NCBI GenBank assembly: GCA_015485125.1
Contig: WFUE01000130.1
Location: forward strand, 1-51,768
DNA length: 51,768 bases
From: Lysobacterales bacterium
Lineage (GTDB): Bacteria > Pseudomonadota > Gammaproteobacteria > Xanthomonadales > S139-57
Direction of reading: 5' to 3'
In this document: positions 28,746-38,245 of the stretch, in pieces
How the letters are laid out: every line of letters begins with the position of its first letter
How positions within the stretch are numbered: the stretch's first letter is position 1
Notes under the pieces: generated by a model
Database searches by the model: none
Told to the model about the DNA's origin: nothing
Seen by the model: only the letters and a program-made list of their open reading frames with translations
Translations under genes and position numbers: made by a program

Positions 28746-30581
28746 ATGGAAGCATCCCTCACATTGACCACGGATATGATGCTGGTCCTGGCCGTTCTTG
28801 GCCTGACCATGGCCCTGTTCGTATTCGAAATTGTCCGGGTAGATGTGGCCGCTGTCAGCATCATGGTGCTGCTGGGGTTGTCGGGCATGGTGCCTGGAGA
28901 CCATTTGTTCAACGGTTTTGCTTCCAATGCCGTCATCTCCATCATAGCAGTCATGATTCTTGGCGCGGGTCTCGACCGAACCGGGGTCATGAGCAAGGTC
29001 GCCGGCCTGATCCTCAATATCGGAGGCCGCTCGGAGACCCGCATCATACCGCTGGTATCAGGCACGGTCGGCATCATCTCCGGCTTCATGCAGAATGTGG
29101 GTGCAGCCGCCCTGTTCATTCCGGTGATCTCCCGCATCTCCACCCGCTCGGCCATCCCCATGTCGCGACTGCTGATGCCCATGGGCTTCTGCGCCATCCT
29201 CGGTGGCACACTGACCATGATCGGTTCATCACCGGTGATTCTGCTCAATGATCTCATCGAAACCGCCAACCAGTCCCTGCCCGAGGGTATGGAGCCCATC
29301 CCCACCTTCGGACTGTTCGACATCACCCCCGTGGGCCTGAGTCTGATCGTTGCCGGCATCCTCTATTTCCTGCTGTTGGGGCGCCATCTGCTGCCCAGCG
29401 ACCCCTCGCAGGTGGCCATGCCGGGCGAAACCAAGGACTATTTCTCCGAGGTCTACCAGATCAAGGGTGAATTGGTCGAACTACTGGTCACCGTGGACAG
29501 CCCACTGGTGGGCATGAATGTGCTGGAGGCGGAAAGCCATCCGGGCATGCCGGTACTCATCGCGATGAAGTCTGGCGAGGAAGCCATCATGGCACCGCCT
29601 GCGGACGAGATGATCTGGGTGGGTTGCGTACTGGCTGTACTGGGCAACCGTGAACAGATCCGCCGTTTTGCCGAAGACAACGAACTCAAGGTGCTGCCGG
29701 GATTGAATCATTTCCGCAACCAGCTCAACCCTGCGCGGGCCGGTATCGCGGAAATTCTCATTGCCCCCAATTCCAAGTATGCCGGCAGCACCATTGGTGA
29801 AGAACATTTTCGCCAGCGCTACCAACTCAGCATTCTTGCCGTCAACCGTGGCGGCGAGGTACACCGGGAAAACCTGCGGGACTGGGTACTGGCCCCCGGC
29901 GATACCCTGGTGGTACACAGCAGCTGGAAAAACCTGGCCGAACTGAAAAAGAACCGTGACTTCGTAGTCATTACCGACCTGCCCACCGAGGAAGAACGTC
30001 CCCACAAGGTACTGCACGCGGTCTTCTTCTTCCTCCTGGCCATGAGCATGGTGTTCTTCACCGACTTCAAACTTTCCATTGTGCTGCTGACCGGCGCCAT
30101 GGGCATGGTACTCAGTGGTGTGCTCAGCATGGATGAAGCCTATCAGGCCGTCAGCTGGAAAACCGTTTTCCTGCTGGCCGGACTGATTCCACTGGGCTAC
30201 GCCATGGAACACAGCGGCACCGCTGCCTGGATTGCCCAGCAAACAGTCACCCACCTGGGCCATGTACCGGAATGGGTGCTGCAATCCGCCATTGCCGTGC
30301 TGGCCACCTTTTTCAGTCTGGTCATGTCCAATGTGGGTGCCACCGTCCTGCTGGTACCCCTGGCCATCAACATCGCCATTGCCTCCGGCGGTGATCCGGC
30401 GGCCTTCGCCGTTACCGTCGCCCTGGCCACCTCCAATGCCTTTTTGTTGCCCACCCACCAGGTCAATGCCCTGATCATGGGCCCCGGCGGCTACAGCGTG
30501 AAGGATTTCATGCGGGTCGGCGGCATCATGACCCTGCTATTTCTCGCCGTGATGATGCCGGTGGTGGATTTTCTGTTCTGA
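28746..30581 (+). CDS. SLC13/DASS-family anion permease with two central TrkA-C (RCK_C) domains
   Basis: Polytopic N- and C-terminal transporter halves flank two soluble repeats (ELLVTVDSPLVGMNV..., EILIAPNSKYAGSTIGE...) typical of TrkA-C inserts. Confidence 0.8.
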   Translation: MEASLTLTTDMMLVLAVLGLTMALFVFEIVRVDVAAVSIMVLLGLSGMVPGDHLFNGFASNAVISIIAVMILGAGLDRTGVMSKVAGLILNIGGRSETRIIPLVSGTVGIISGFMQNVGAAALFIPVISRISTRSAIPMSRLLMPMGFCAILGGTLTMIGSSPVILLNDLIETANQSLPEGMEPIPTFGLFDITPVGLSLIVAGILYFLLLGRHLLPSDPSQVAMPGETKDYFSEVYQIKGELVELLVTVDSPLVGMNVLEAESHPGMPVLIAMKSGEEAIMAPPADEMIWVGCVLAVLGNREQIRRFAEDNELKVLPGLNHFRNQLNPARAGIAEILIAPNSKYAGSTIGEEHFRQRYQLSILAVNRGGEVHRENLRDWVLAPGDTLVVHSSWKNLAELKKNRDFVVITDLPTEEERPHKVLHAVFFFLLAMSMVFFTDFKLSIVLLTGAMGMVLSGVLSMDEAYQAVSWKTVFLLAGLIPLGYAMEHSGTAAWIAQQTVTHLGHVPEWVLQSAIAVLATFFSLVMSNVGATVLLVPLAINIAIASGGDPAAFAVTVALATSNAFLLPTHQVNALIMGPGGYSVKDFMRVGGIMTLLFLAVMMPVVDFLF

Positions 30582-30617
30582 CCCACAAGTCCGTGCCGGC
30601 TTTGCTACAATCCGCCG

Positions 30618-31721
30618 ATGAAAAAATTCTTCATCTGGTTGACAGTCATTACCCTCACCATTGCCCTGGTCCTGCCTTTTGTGCTGGGCCGGTTGCTGGC
30701 CGAGGCCTACCCGTCCCTGCTGCAACAGACCCTCGGCCAGCCGGACAGCCCTGCCCGCCTGGACCAGCTCGACTTTTCCGCCGGCTGGTTCAGCAGTGAT
30801 GCCCGCTGGTTGTTGCGCGTCGGCAATCAAACACTGGAACTGAACGACCACCTGCGCCATTTCCCGCTACAGGAAAAAGCCGTGCTGGATGGCAAGCTGC
30901 AAAGCCCTTCCCTGCCACTGGAACTAAGCTACCGTCTCGGACTGGATCGCAACATCCACCTGAACGGGCGCTTGCTTCCCGGTCAACAGGGGCTGGCTAT
31001 CTGGAAAAATGGCCAGTGGCAGGCCGAACTGAACCCGGAAATCTGGACAGGGCACGCCAACGGCAAACTGGAACTGCTACTACTGCCTGGAGCGCAGGCC
31101 AAAAACCTGCACTTTGCCGGCCAATGGCAGGGGCCGCAGTGGCAATGGGCCGTGGGTGCCGATACCTGGGCACAAGGCCCGCTGCAATGGAAAAACGCCC
31201 TGCTGGGCCTGGAACACCATGACCAGCAGCTGCGCTTCAAAGGCAAAAGCGATCAGATGCTGTTCCAACACACCGGCTGCAAGGATGTGAAACTGGCCGG
31301 CATGCTTTTGCCCGGCCAACCGGCCTACTGGGCCAGGCTGCTACCCCTGCTGGGTCCGATGCAACAACTGGACTGGCTGCGCTTTGCCAGCGAAACCCTG
31401 CCCGAACTGCTTATGGCCAACCCCGCCATTCATATCGAATCCGCCACGCTGGATTGCGGTGACAACCAGCCCCTGCGCCTGCAACTGGAACTGCAATTGC
31501 TGCACATGCCCCCCGGCCAGATTCTGCAACCCACGGCCTGGCTCAACCACCTGCAAGCCCGGGGCTGGCTGGAAGCCACGCCCGAACGGTTGCAACGCAT
31601 GGGCCTGCCTGCCGAAATGGCGCAAACCGGCCGGGTGGATTTTCAACTGGCCAACGGCCTGCTCTCCGCCAATGGACAAACCTTGCCCCTGCAAACCCTG
31701 TTACCCGGAGTACAACCATGA
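30618..31721 (+). CDS. Membrane-anchored/exported hypothetical protein, possibly DUF945 (YdgA-like)
   Basis: An N-terminal anchor (FFIWLTVITLTIALVLPFVL), W/Q-rich repeats, and a C-terminal ...FQLANGLLSANGQTL resembling the YdgA-family tail. This is weak recognition from memory. Confidence 0.4.
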   Translation: MKKFFIWLTVITLTIALVLPFVLGRLLAEAYPSLLQQTLGQPDSPARLDQLDFSAGWFSSDARWLLRVGNQTLELNDHLRHFPLQEKAVLDGKLQSPSLPLELSYRLGLDRNIHLNGRLLPGQQGLAIWKNGQWQAELNPEIWTGHANGKLELLLLPGAQAKNLHFAGQWQGPQWQWAVGADTWAQGPLQWKNALLGLEHHDQQLRFKGKSDQMLFQHTGCKDVKLAGMLLPGQPAYWARLLPLLGPMQQLDWLRFASETLPELLMANPAIHIESATLDCGDNQPLRLQLELQLLHMPPGQILQPTAWLNHLQARGWLEATPERLQRMGLPAEMAQTGRVDFQLANGLLSANGQTLPLQTLLPGVQP

Positions 31722-32143
31722 ACTTTCGCAACCTTGCCTGCCTTCTGCTGACCCTCGCCAGCACAGCCCAGGCCACCGACACCCGCACGGCCATCCCACT
31801 ACCCGCCGAGGAACACCAGATGGTGCTCGGTGAAATGCGCGGCTTTCTGGAAACGGTCCAGATCATTACGACTGGCCTGGCCAACAATGACTTCAACACC
31901 GTTGCTCAAGCCGCAAAAAAAGCCGGCATGGCCGAAGCCCGCAAGTCCATGCCACGGCTGCGACCCTATATGCCCGGCGGGTTCCGCCAGCTGGGCCATG
32001 CCACCCACCAGGCCTTCGACCAACTGGCCCTGGACGCCGAGCTGGAAGACACCCAACACAGTCTCAAGCAACTGGGAGATATTCTCACCCGCTGCACCGG
32101 CTGCCATCGGGCCTACCGCTTTGAAGCCGGAACAGAACAATAG
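31718..32143 (+). CDS. Class II (cytochrome c'-like, four-helix-bundle) c-type cytochrome
   Basis: A signal peptide ends in AQA, and a single CxxCH (CTGCH) lies close to the C-terminus of a ~120-aa helical mature protein. The start overlaps the upstream stop (ATGA). Confidence 0.65.
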   Translation: MNFRNLACLLLTLASTAQATDTRTAIPLPAEEHQMVLGEMRGFLETVQIITTGLANNDFNTVAQAAKKAGMAEARKSMPRLRPYMPGGFRQLGHATHQAFDQLALDAELEDTQHSLKQLGDILTRCTGCHRAYRFEAGTEQ

Positions 32144-32260
32144 CCCTGCAACCCCTGAACGCCAGCGCGGGCTTCACTGCCCCTGAAAGCGTGGTAATCC
32201 AATAATCCTGGAAACGGCTTAAGGTATCAGCGCAACGTATTCCTCTGGAACCTTTCATCC

Positions 32261-32469
32261 ATGGCGGAACACGGATTCGTCCTGAACGAAGAAAAGCAGC
32301 GAAAACAGGTCCGGAAAGCCGAGGGCTTTTTACGGCCCTTTTGCAAAAAGGGCCTTGCGGACCTGCCCTGTTGCGTTCAGAAGCCAGTCTCGCAAAGGCC
32401 CGCAACAGCCAGCACCAACTTTCCAAGTCCCGGCCGTAGGGCGGAATAGGCGAAGCCGTATTCCGCCAT
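32261..32469. mobile_element. MITE-like non-coding element with 14-nt terminal inverted repeats
   Basis: Left end ATGGCGGAACACGG (32261-32274) matches the reverse complement of the right end CCGTATTCCGCCAT (32456-32469) at 13/14 positions. Internal hairpins are GGCCCTTTT/AAAAGGGCC (32334-32354) and GGCGGAATA/TATTCCGCC (32440-32467). The core at 32286-32406 is homologous to 111-234. Confidence 0.6.
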
Positions 32470-32530
32470 TGATCCTGAAATCATCTCAGCACCATAACCA
32501 CTCCAGCCTCCCTGCCGGATGCCATTCGTC

Positions 32531-34390
32531 CTAGTCGACGGTACACAAGCAATGTGCATACATGCCCATGGGGTCACGCTGCGGGCCCATGAACAGTTTC
32601 AGGGCGCGGCGCAGTTCTTCCACACGATTGGCGGGCAGATCGGCCAGCGGGTTGGGCAGCTGGATGCCCAGCAGTGCCAGGCCCTGGCCGGTGAGATCCA
32701 TGATGAAGCGGTCGAAATCGCTCAGCTCCGGCTCCACATAGGTGATCTGGTAGGCATCCTCGCCCAGGCCCGCCTTTTCCACCGCGGCGTTGACGGCATC
32801 ACGCAAGGAACCCAGCTTGTCCACCAGGCCACGGTCCAGGGCCTGGCTGCCGGTCCAGACCCGGCCCTGGGCGATGGCGTCGATTTCTTCCGGTGTCTTG
32901 CCGCGGGCCTCAGCCACCTTGCCGATGAAGTTGCGATAACCCCGCTCGATATTGAGCTGCACCAGTTCACCGAATTTGTCGTTGAAAGGCAGATCCGGGC
33001 GGAAGGCGCCAGCCAGCTCGGTGGTGGCCACGCCATCGGTGTGGATGCCCAGCTTGCCCAGGGTTTCCGGATAGTTCATCAGCAGGCCGAAGATGCCGAT
33101 GGAGCCGGTGATGGTGTTCGGCTGGGCCCAGATCTCATCGGCATTCATGGAAATCCAGTAGCCACCGGAGGCGGCCACGGTGCCCATGGAGACAATGACC
33201 GGCTTGCCGGCTTCCTTCAGGCGCACCACCTCCTCACGGATCTGCTCGGAGGCAAACACGCCACCGCCGGGGCTGTCCACCCGCAGCACCACCGCCTTGA
33301 TGTCGTCATCGTAACGGGCGTTGCGCAGCAGGCGGGAGGTGGATTCCCCACCCACGGTGCCGGGGGGCTGGTCGCCGCCGGTGATGGTGCCCTGAGCCAC
33401 CACGATGCCGATCTTGTCGCCGGGCAGCGGCAGACGCGGATGGGCCTTGAGATAGTCCATGAAAAAGACCTGGCGGAAGGTTTCCTGCCGATCGTCATCC
33501 TGGGGCGCGCCCAGGGTTTTCAGCTGCTGGCGCATCTCTTCACGAGTGGCCAGCTTGTCCACCAGCCCCAGATTCAGCGCCAGGGTGGCGAAATTGCCAT
33601 CGGCCTTCTTCAGCTCGGCGATCATGCGATCCAGATCCGGGTTCAGCGCCGCCGGGTCCAGCTTGCGCCGCTGGGCGATGGTGGTCACGGCCTGGCTCCA
33701 CAGGTCACCCATCCAGTACTGATTGGCTTTCCGGGCCGGTTCGGACATGTCGTTGCGAATCCATGGCTCGGCGGCGGACTTGAAAGTACCGACCTTGAAC
33801 AGGTGCACATCCACGCCCAGCTTGTCCAGCCCTTCCTTGAAGTAGTTACGATAGCGGGCAAAGCCCTGCAGCAGCAGGAAGCCTTCCGGATGCAGCCAGA
33901 TCTCGTCGGCCTGCACGGCCAGCATGTACTGGCCCTGGCTCATGGCATTGCCCCAGGCGAAAACCTGCTTGCCGCTTTCGCGGAAATCATCCAGTGCCTG
34001 GGCAATGTCATTGAGCTGGGCCGGACCAATACCGGTCATGTGATCCGGCACGATAACGATGCGCTCGATGTTGTCATCGGTCTTGGCCAGACGAATGGCA
34101 CGGAGGATGTCCCTGAGGCGGGTTTCTTCCACCGGCTGGTCGGACATTTGCGCCATGACGCGGTCTGCCGGGCTGCCGGAGTATTGTTCCACCACCCGCC
34201 CCTGGGGTGCCAGCACCAGCGCGGTGTGTTCCCGTGGCAGGGCGCTCTCGCCACCCTGGATTACCGCGCTGATGATGACAATGATGATCAGCAGCAACAG
34301 CAGGTTGAGAATGGAGCGGCGCAGCAGATCCAGGCCCTGCCAGACCGCCTTGAAAAATCGCACGATGATGTTACCGGAGGATTCAGCCAT
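32531..34390 (-). CDS. sppA: Signal peptide peptidase SppA, 67K type
   Basis: An N-terminal TM segment precedes two tandem S49 peptidase domains (VLRVDSPGGGVFASE; AASGGYWISMNADEIWA). Confidence 0.9.
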   Translation of the reverse strand: MAESSGNIIVRFFKAVWQGLDLLRRSILNLLLLLIIIVIISAVIQGGESALPREHTALVLAPQGRVVEQYSGSPADRVMAQMSDQPVEETRLRDILRAIRLAKTDDNIERIVIVPDHMTGIGPAQLNDIAQALDDFRESGKQVFAWGNAMSQGQYMLAVQADEIWLHPEGFLLLQGFARYRNYFKEGLDKLGVDVHLFKVGTFKSAAEPWIRNDMSEPARKANQYWMGDLWSQAVTTIAQRRKLDPAALNPDLDRMIAELKKADGNFATLALNLGLVDKLATREEMRQQLKTLGAPQDDDRQETFRQVFFMDYLKAHPRLPLPGDKIGIVVAQGTITGGDQPPGTVGGESTSRLLRNARYDDDIKAVVLRVDSPGGGVFASEQIREEVVRLKEAGKPVIVSMGTVAASGGYWISMNADEIWAQPNTITGSIGIFGLLMNYPETLGKLGIHTDGVATTELAGAFRPDLPFNDKFGELVQLNIERGYRNFIGKVAEARGKTPEEIDAIAQGRVWTGSQALDRGLVDKLGSLRDAVNAAVEKAGLGEDAYQITYVEPELSDFDRFIMDLTGQGLALLGIQLPNPLADLPANRVEELRRALKLFMGPQRDPMGMYAHCLCTVD

Positions 34391-34463
34391 GAAAGTACTC
34401 GTCTAGGATTGGGATTCAGGGGCCAGACTAGCGCAGTGGGCGGGCCGCGCCATCTGGCAAAGG

Positions 34464-35243
34464 TCATGTTCTCAGGCCCACGCCCTTTTTCATCAGCCAC
34501 AGGCTGATGGCCGCCAGTACCACGAGGAAGCCCAGAATCACGGTATAGGCGGTGCCGATGGAGAGATCACTCACCCCGTGCATGCCGTAGCGGAAACCGT
34601 TGATCATGTACAGCATGGGGTTGAACAGGGAAACCTTCTGCCAGAAATCCGGCAGCAGGTGAATGGAGTAGAACACGCCACCCAGATAGGTCAGCGGCGT
34701 GAGGATGAAGGTGGGCACAATGGCGATGTCATCGAACTTGCGCGCGAAAATGGCGTTGATGAAGCCGGCCAGGGAGAAGATGACCGAAGTCAGCAGCACG
34801 ATACTGACGGTGATCCACGGGTTGTGTACCTGCAAGTGGGTGAAAAACAGCGCCACCGTGGTGACGATGGCACCCACCATCAAGCCGCGAAAGACCGCGC
34901 CGGTGACATAGCCGGCCAGAATGACGGCGTCCGGCAGGGGCGAGACCAGAATCTCTTCGATATGATGGGCAAACTTGGCGCCGAAGAACGACGACACCAT
35001 GTTGCCGTAGGAGTTGGTGATCACCGACATCATCACCAGCCCCGGTACGATGAAGCTCATGTAGTCCAGCCCGCCCATGGTGCCGATGCGCTTGCCGATG
35101 AGATTGCCGAAGATGATGAAATACAGCGTCATGGTGATGGCCGGCGGCACCAGGGTCTGGCCCCAGATGCGCAGGATGCGCTTCACTTCCTTGATGACAA
35201 TGGTCTGGTAACCGATCCAGGTGGGGTTGGGCGTGGTATTCAT
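34464..35243 (-). CDS. ABC-2 type exporter permease
   Basis: A six-helix ABC-2 membrane protein. Its start overlaps the stop of the upstream ATPase gene. Confidence 0.8.
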   Translation of the reverse strand: MNTTPNPTWIGYQTIVIKEVKRILRIWGQTLVPPAITMTLYFIIFGNLIGKRIGTMGGLDYMSFIVPGLVMMSVITNSYGNMVSSFFGAKFAHHIEEILVSPLPDAVILAGYVTGAVFRGLMVGAIVTTVALFFTHLQVHNPWITVSIVLLTSVIFSLAGFINAIFARKFDDIAIVPTFILTPLTYLGGVFYSIHLLPDFWQKVSLFNPMLYMINGFRYGMHGVSDLSIGTAYTVILGFLVVLAAISLWLMKKGVGLRT

Positions 35244-36157
35244 GCGGCCTCCTGATCGGTCATGCGCAGAAACAGTTCTTCCAGGCGGTTGGCCTTGTTG
35301 CGCATGGACAGTACCCGCAGCTGCTGTTCTTCCAGCTGGCGGAACAGGCCATTGAGGGCGCGGGCCTTGGGCACGTCCACCTCCAGCGTCTGCGCGTCCA
35401 GCCGCCGGTATTCATAACCTTCCAGCTGCAATCCATCCGTAACCGGCCGATCCAGGTCGAGAATGAAGGTCTCCACGTCCAGCTTGCCCAGCAGCTGCTT
35501 GATGGTGGTGTGTTCGATGATTTCCCCGTGATTGATGATGGCCACATTGCGGCACATCTGCTCGGCCTCCTCCAGATAGTGGGTGGTGAGAATGACCGTG
35601 GTGCCATCTTCGTTCAAGCCACGCATGAAACGCCACATGGAGCGGCGAATCTCGATATCCACCCCGGCGGTAGGTTCGTCCAGAATCAGCAAACGCGGGT
35701 GGTGCATCATCGCCCGGGCGATCATCAGCCGGCGCTTCATGCCGCCGGAAAGCCCGCGCGAGGGCTGGTCGCGCTTGTGCCACAGATCCAGCTCAGTGAG
35801 AAAACGCTCGGCCCGTTCATGGGCCAGCTTGCGCGGCACGCCGTAGTAGCCGGCCTGGTTGACCACGATATCCAGCGGGGTTTCGAACTGGTTGAAATTG
35901 ATCTCCTGCGGTACCAGGCCAATGCATTGCTTGGCCTGGCGGCGGGCGGTGCGCAGATCGTGGCCAAACACCTTCACCTCGCCCTCGGTGAGATTGACCA
36001 GCGAACTGATGATGCCGATCAGGGTGGACTTGCCGGCACCGTTGGGGCCCAGCAGGGCGAAGAAATCCCCGGCTTCCACTTGCAGGCTCACGCCCTTGAG
36101 GGCTTCCACCCCGTTCTTGTAGGTCTTGCGCAACTGCTGAATGTCCAGTGCGTGCAT
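35240..36157 (-). CDS. ABC transporter ATP-binding protein
   Basis: Walker A GPNGAGKST, signature LSGGMKRR, and Walker B LLILDEPT. I trimmed the start to MHALDIQQL (ATG at 36157); the tracked 524-aa ORF is an upstream over-extension. Confidence 0.9.
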   Translation of the reverse strand: MHALDIQQLRKTYKNGVEALKGVSLQVEAGDFFALLGPNGAGKSTLIGIISSLVNLTEGEVKVFGHDLRTARRQAKQCIGLVPQEINFNQFETPLDIVVNQAGYYGVPRKLAHERAERFLTELDLWHKRDQPSRGLSGGMKRRLMIARAMMHHPRLLILDEPTAGVDIEIRRSMWRFMRGLNEDGTTVILTTHYLEEAEQMCRNVAIINHGEIIEHTTIKQLLGKLDVETFILDLDRPVTDGLQLEGYEYRRLDAQTLEVDVPKARALNGLFRQLEEQQLRVLSMRNKANRLEELFLRMTDQEAA

Positions 36158-36223
36158 GATGCACTCCCGTACAGGCAAAGCCGCTATTATAGTCCGCAAA
36201 GAACCACGAACGGCGAGAACGAC

Positions 36224-36970
36224 ATGGCAGAGACCTTCACACTGAAACTGGTGGCCCGCAAGCCGCTGGCGGACAACACGGAACATCTGGTATTCGAACG
36301 CGAGGATGGCCAGCCGCTGTGCTACCAGCCCGGCCAGTTCATCCAGCTGCACTTCCCCTGTGGCGAGGCCATGGCCAGGCGCAGCTACTCCATCGCCTCC
36401 ATTCCCTGCGGCGAGCAGCCCTGCTGCCAGCAGGTGGAAATCGCCGTCTCCTGGGTGGAAGGCGGGCTGGCCACCACCTGCCTGCAAAACCTCAAGCCCG
36501 GTGAAACCATACAGGCCAGCGGCCCGCTGGGGCGCTTCTGCCTGCCGGATGAAACGGTGGATCGCTATGTACTGGTGGGTACCGGCACCGGCATCACTCC
36601 CTACCGGGCCATGTGGCCGGAAATCCGCCAGCGCATGACCCGAGGCACCCGCTTTGCCCTGCTCTTTGGCGCGCGCAAGCCGGAAGACCTGATCTACGAA
36701 GCCGACTTTCTCGCCATGCAGGCTGAAAGCGAGGGGCGCTTCCAGTACCTGCCCTGCCTGAGCCGGGAACTGCGCCAACCGCCCCGGCCGGAGGATTTTC
36801 ACGGCTATGTGCAAGACCGCTTCGACAGCCTGAACCCCGACCCGGAAGCCGATGTGTTCTATCTCTGCGGCAACCCGGATATGGTGGATGCGGCCGCGGA
36901 AAAACTGCGGGCGCTGGGCTTTCCTTCCGGCCGCATTCGGCGGGAGAAATATCTCAGCCCCAAGCGCTGA
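36224..36970 (+). CDS. Ferredoxin-NADP(+) reductase-like FAD/NAD(P)-binding oxidoreductase
   Basis: RRSYSIAS (RxYS FAD motif), GPLGRF, and VGTGTGITPYR. I trimmed the start to MAETFTL (ATG at 36224). Confidence 0.8.
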   Translation: MAETFTLKLVARKPLADNTEHLVFEREDGQPLCYQPGQFIQLHFPCGEAMARRSYSIASIPCGEQPCCQQVEIAVSWVEGGLATTCLQNLKPGETIQASGPLGRFCLPDETVDRYVLVGTGTGITPYRAMWPEIRQRMTRGTRFALLFGARKPEDLIYEADFLAMQAESEGRFQYLPCLSRELRQPPRPEDFHGYVQDRFDSLNPDPEADVFYLCGNPDMVDAAAEKLRALGFPSGRIRREKYLSPKR

Positions 36971-36979
36971 GGCAGGCGG

Positions 36980-38245
36980 TCAAGCCTCGTCGTTCGCTTC
37001 CAACTGCGGCATTCCGTGCTGGTCATGGGCCAGGCGGGCGCTTTCCTGGCTGGTTTCCGGCGGTTGACTGGGCCAGGGCGGCAGGGTGCGCAGGGGCTCT
37101 CCGGCTTCCAGCAACAGGGCGTTGCGGTAACAGGCCAGGGCCACATCGTCGGCATGCCAGGCTTCGGCCAGTTCACCCAGCAGCCGCCAGGTTTCCGGCT
37201 GTGGCTTGCGGGCCAGGGCCGCTTCCAGATAATCCCGCGCCTTGCCCCAGAGCTGGGCGCTGAGACATAACCGCCCCAGGGCCTGCAACAGGTCCGGGTC
37301 TTCCGGGTGGTCCTTCAGCCATTGCTCCGCCTGCTGGATGATGCGGCTCAAGTGCGGGCCGCGCAGCCGCCCCCAGGCCTGAATCAACTGCGGGTCGTAG
37401 TGCTGGTCGATGGCCTTTTTCAGGGCCTTTTCCGCTTCTTCGTGCAGGCCGAAGTCAATGGCTTTCTGCGCCCAGGCCAGCAACAGGGCCGGGTTCTGCC
37501 GCTGCTTGCGATCCAGACTGTGCCAGGCCTGTTGCAGGGCCTCCGTCGATTCGGCGGCGTAGAGGTCGGCGGTGAGCAGGCTTTTCTCGATCTGCTCCAG
37601 TTGGCCTGCATCGAGAATGCCGCGCTTGCGCAGGGTGCGGGAAATGTCCTGAATGGCGCGGTAATTGCCCTGTTGCTGGTGAGCTTCCAGCAACAGCTTC
37701 AAGATCTGCGGATGGCCGGGGCGCTTGCGCCGCAGCTGGTTGAGCAAGTCCACCGCTTCCGCGTAACGGCCCTGTTGCACCAGCGCTTCGGCCCGGGCCA
37801 GGTCGGTGGAAAAGCGGTAGCGGCGGCTGTCGTCCACCAGTGCCAGATACTGCTGCGCCTGCTCGTCCCGCTGTTGCAGAAAGGCGGAACGCGCGGCCGC
37901 CAGATAATGGATCTGGTTTCTCTTGCCGGCCTTGGAGAGGAATTTTTCCGCCCGCTGCCAGTCGCCTTCCTGCAGGGCAAGATAGCCTTCCCGCTCCAGT
38001 CGCCGCTGTTGTTGCAGGGCCAGCTTGCGCGCGATGCGCACCGGCGCGAACCACAGGCGCAGCAGCAACCACAGTGCCAGAGCGAACAGCCCCACGGCCA
38101 GCAGGCCGAACAGCAGGCTGGTTTCCAGTTGCCAGCCCTGAAACTGAATCAGTACCGTGCCCGGGTCCTGCCGGAACAACGCCGCCAGCGCCGCGCTGCC
38201 CAGCGCCAGCAGCACCAGCAGCAAGGTCCAGAACAGCCCCCTCAT
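36980..38245 (-). CDS. hemY: HemY-like TPR membrane protein
   Basis: N-terminal HemY_N pattern (two TM helices, VLIQFQGWQLETSL) followed by TPR-like repeats. It lies downstream of hemX. Confidence 0.8.
   Translation of the reverse strand: MRGLFWTLLLVLLALGSAALAALFRQDPGTVLIQFQGWQLETSLLFGLLAVGLFALALWLLLRLWFAPVRIARKLALQQQRRLEREGYLALQEGDWQRAEKFLSKAGKRNQIHYLAAARSAFLQQRDEQAQQYLALVDDSRRYRFSTDLARAEALVQQGRYAEAVDLLNQLRRKRPGHPQILKLLLEAHQQQGNYRAIQDISRTLRKRGILDAGQLEQIEKSLLTADLYAAESTEALQQAWHSLDRKQRQNPALLLAWAQKAIDFGLHEEAEKALKKAIDQHYDPQLIQAWGRLRGPHLSRIIQQAEQWLKDHPEDPDLLQALGRLCLSAQLWGKARDYLEAALARKPQPETWRLLGELAEAWHADDVALACYRNALLLEAGEPLRTLPPWPSQPPETSQESARLAHDQHGMPQLEANDEA

Noticed and set aside
35240-36814. Over-extended ORFs span the ABC ATPase and FNR-like divergent region: 524 aa on the minus strand and 486 aa on the plus strand.
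   Set aside because: The recognisable domains begin at internal ATGs (36157 and 36224), and the N-terminal extensions run antisense through the neighbouring gene. Comparable trims were applied to ggt, the MBL hydrolase, dsrM, dsrJ, dsrF, lysAC, lpxL, parE, the MoxR gene and the MetK-like gene.
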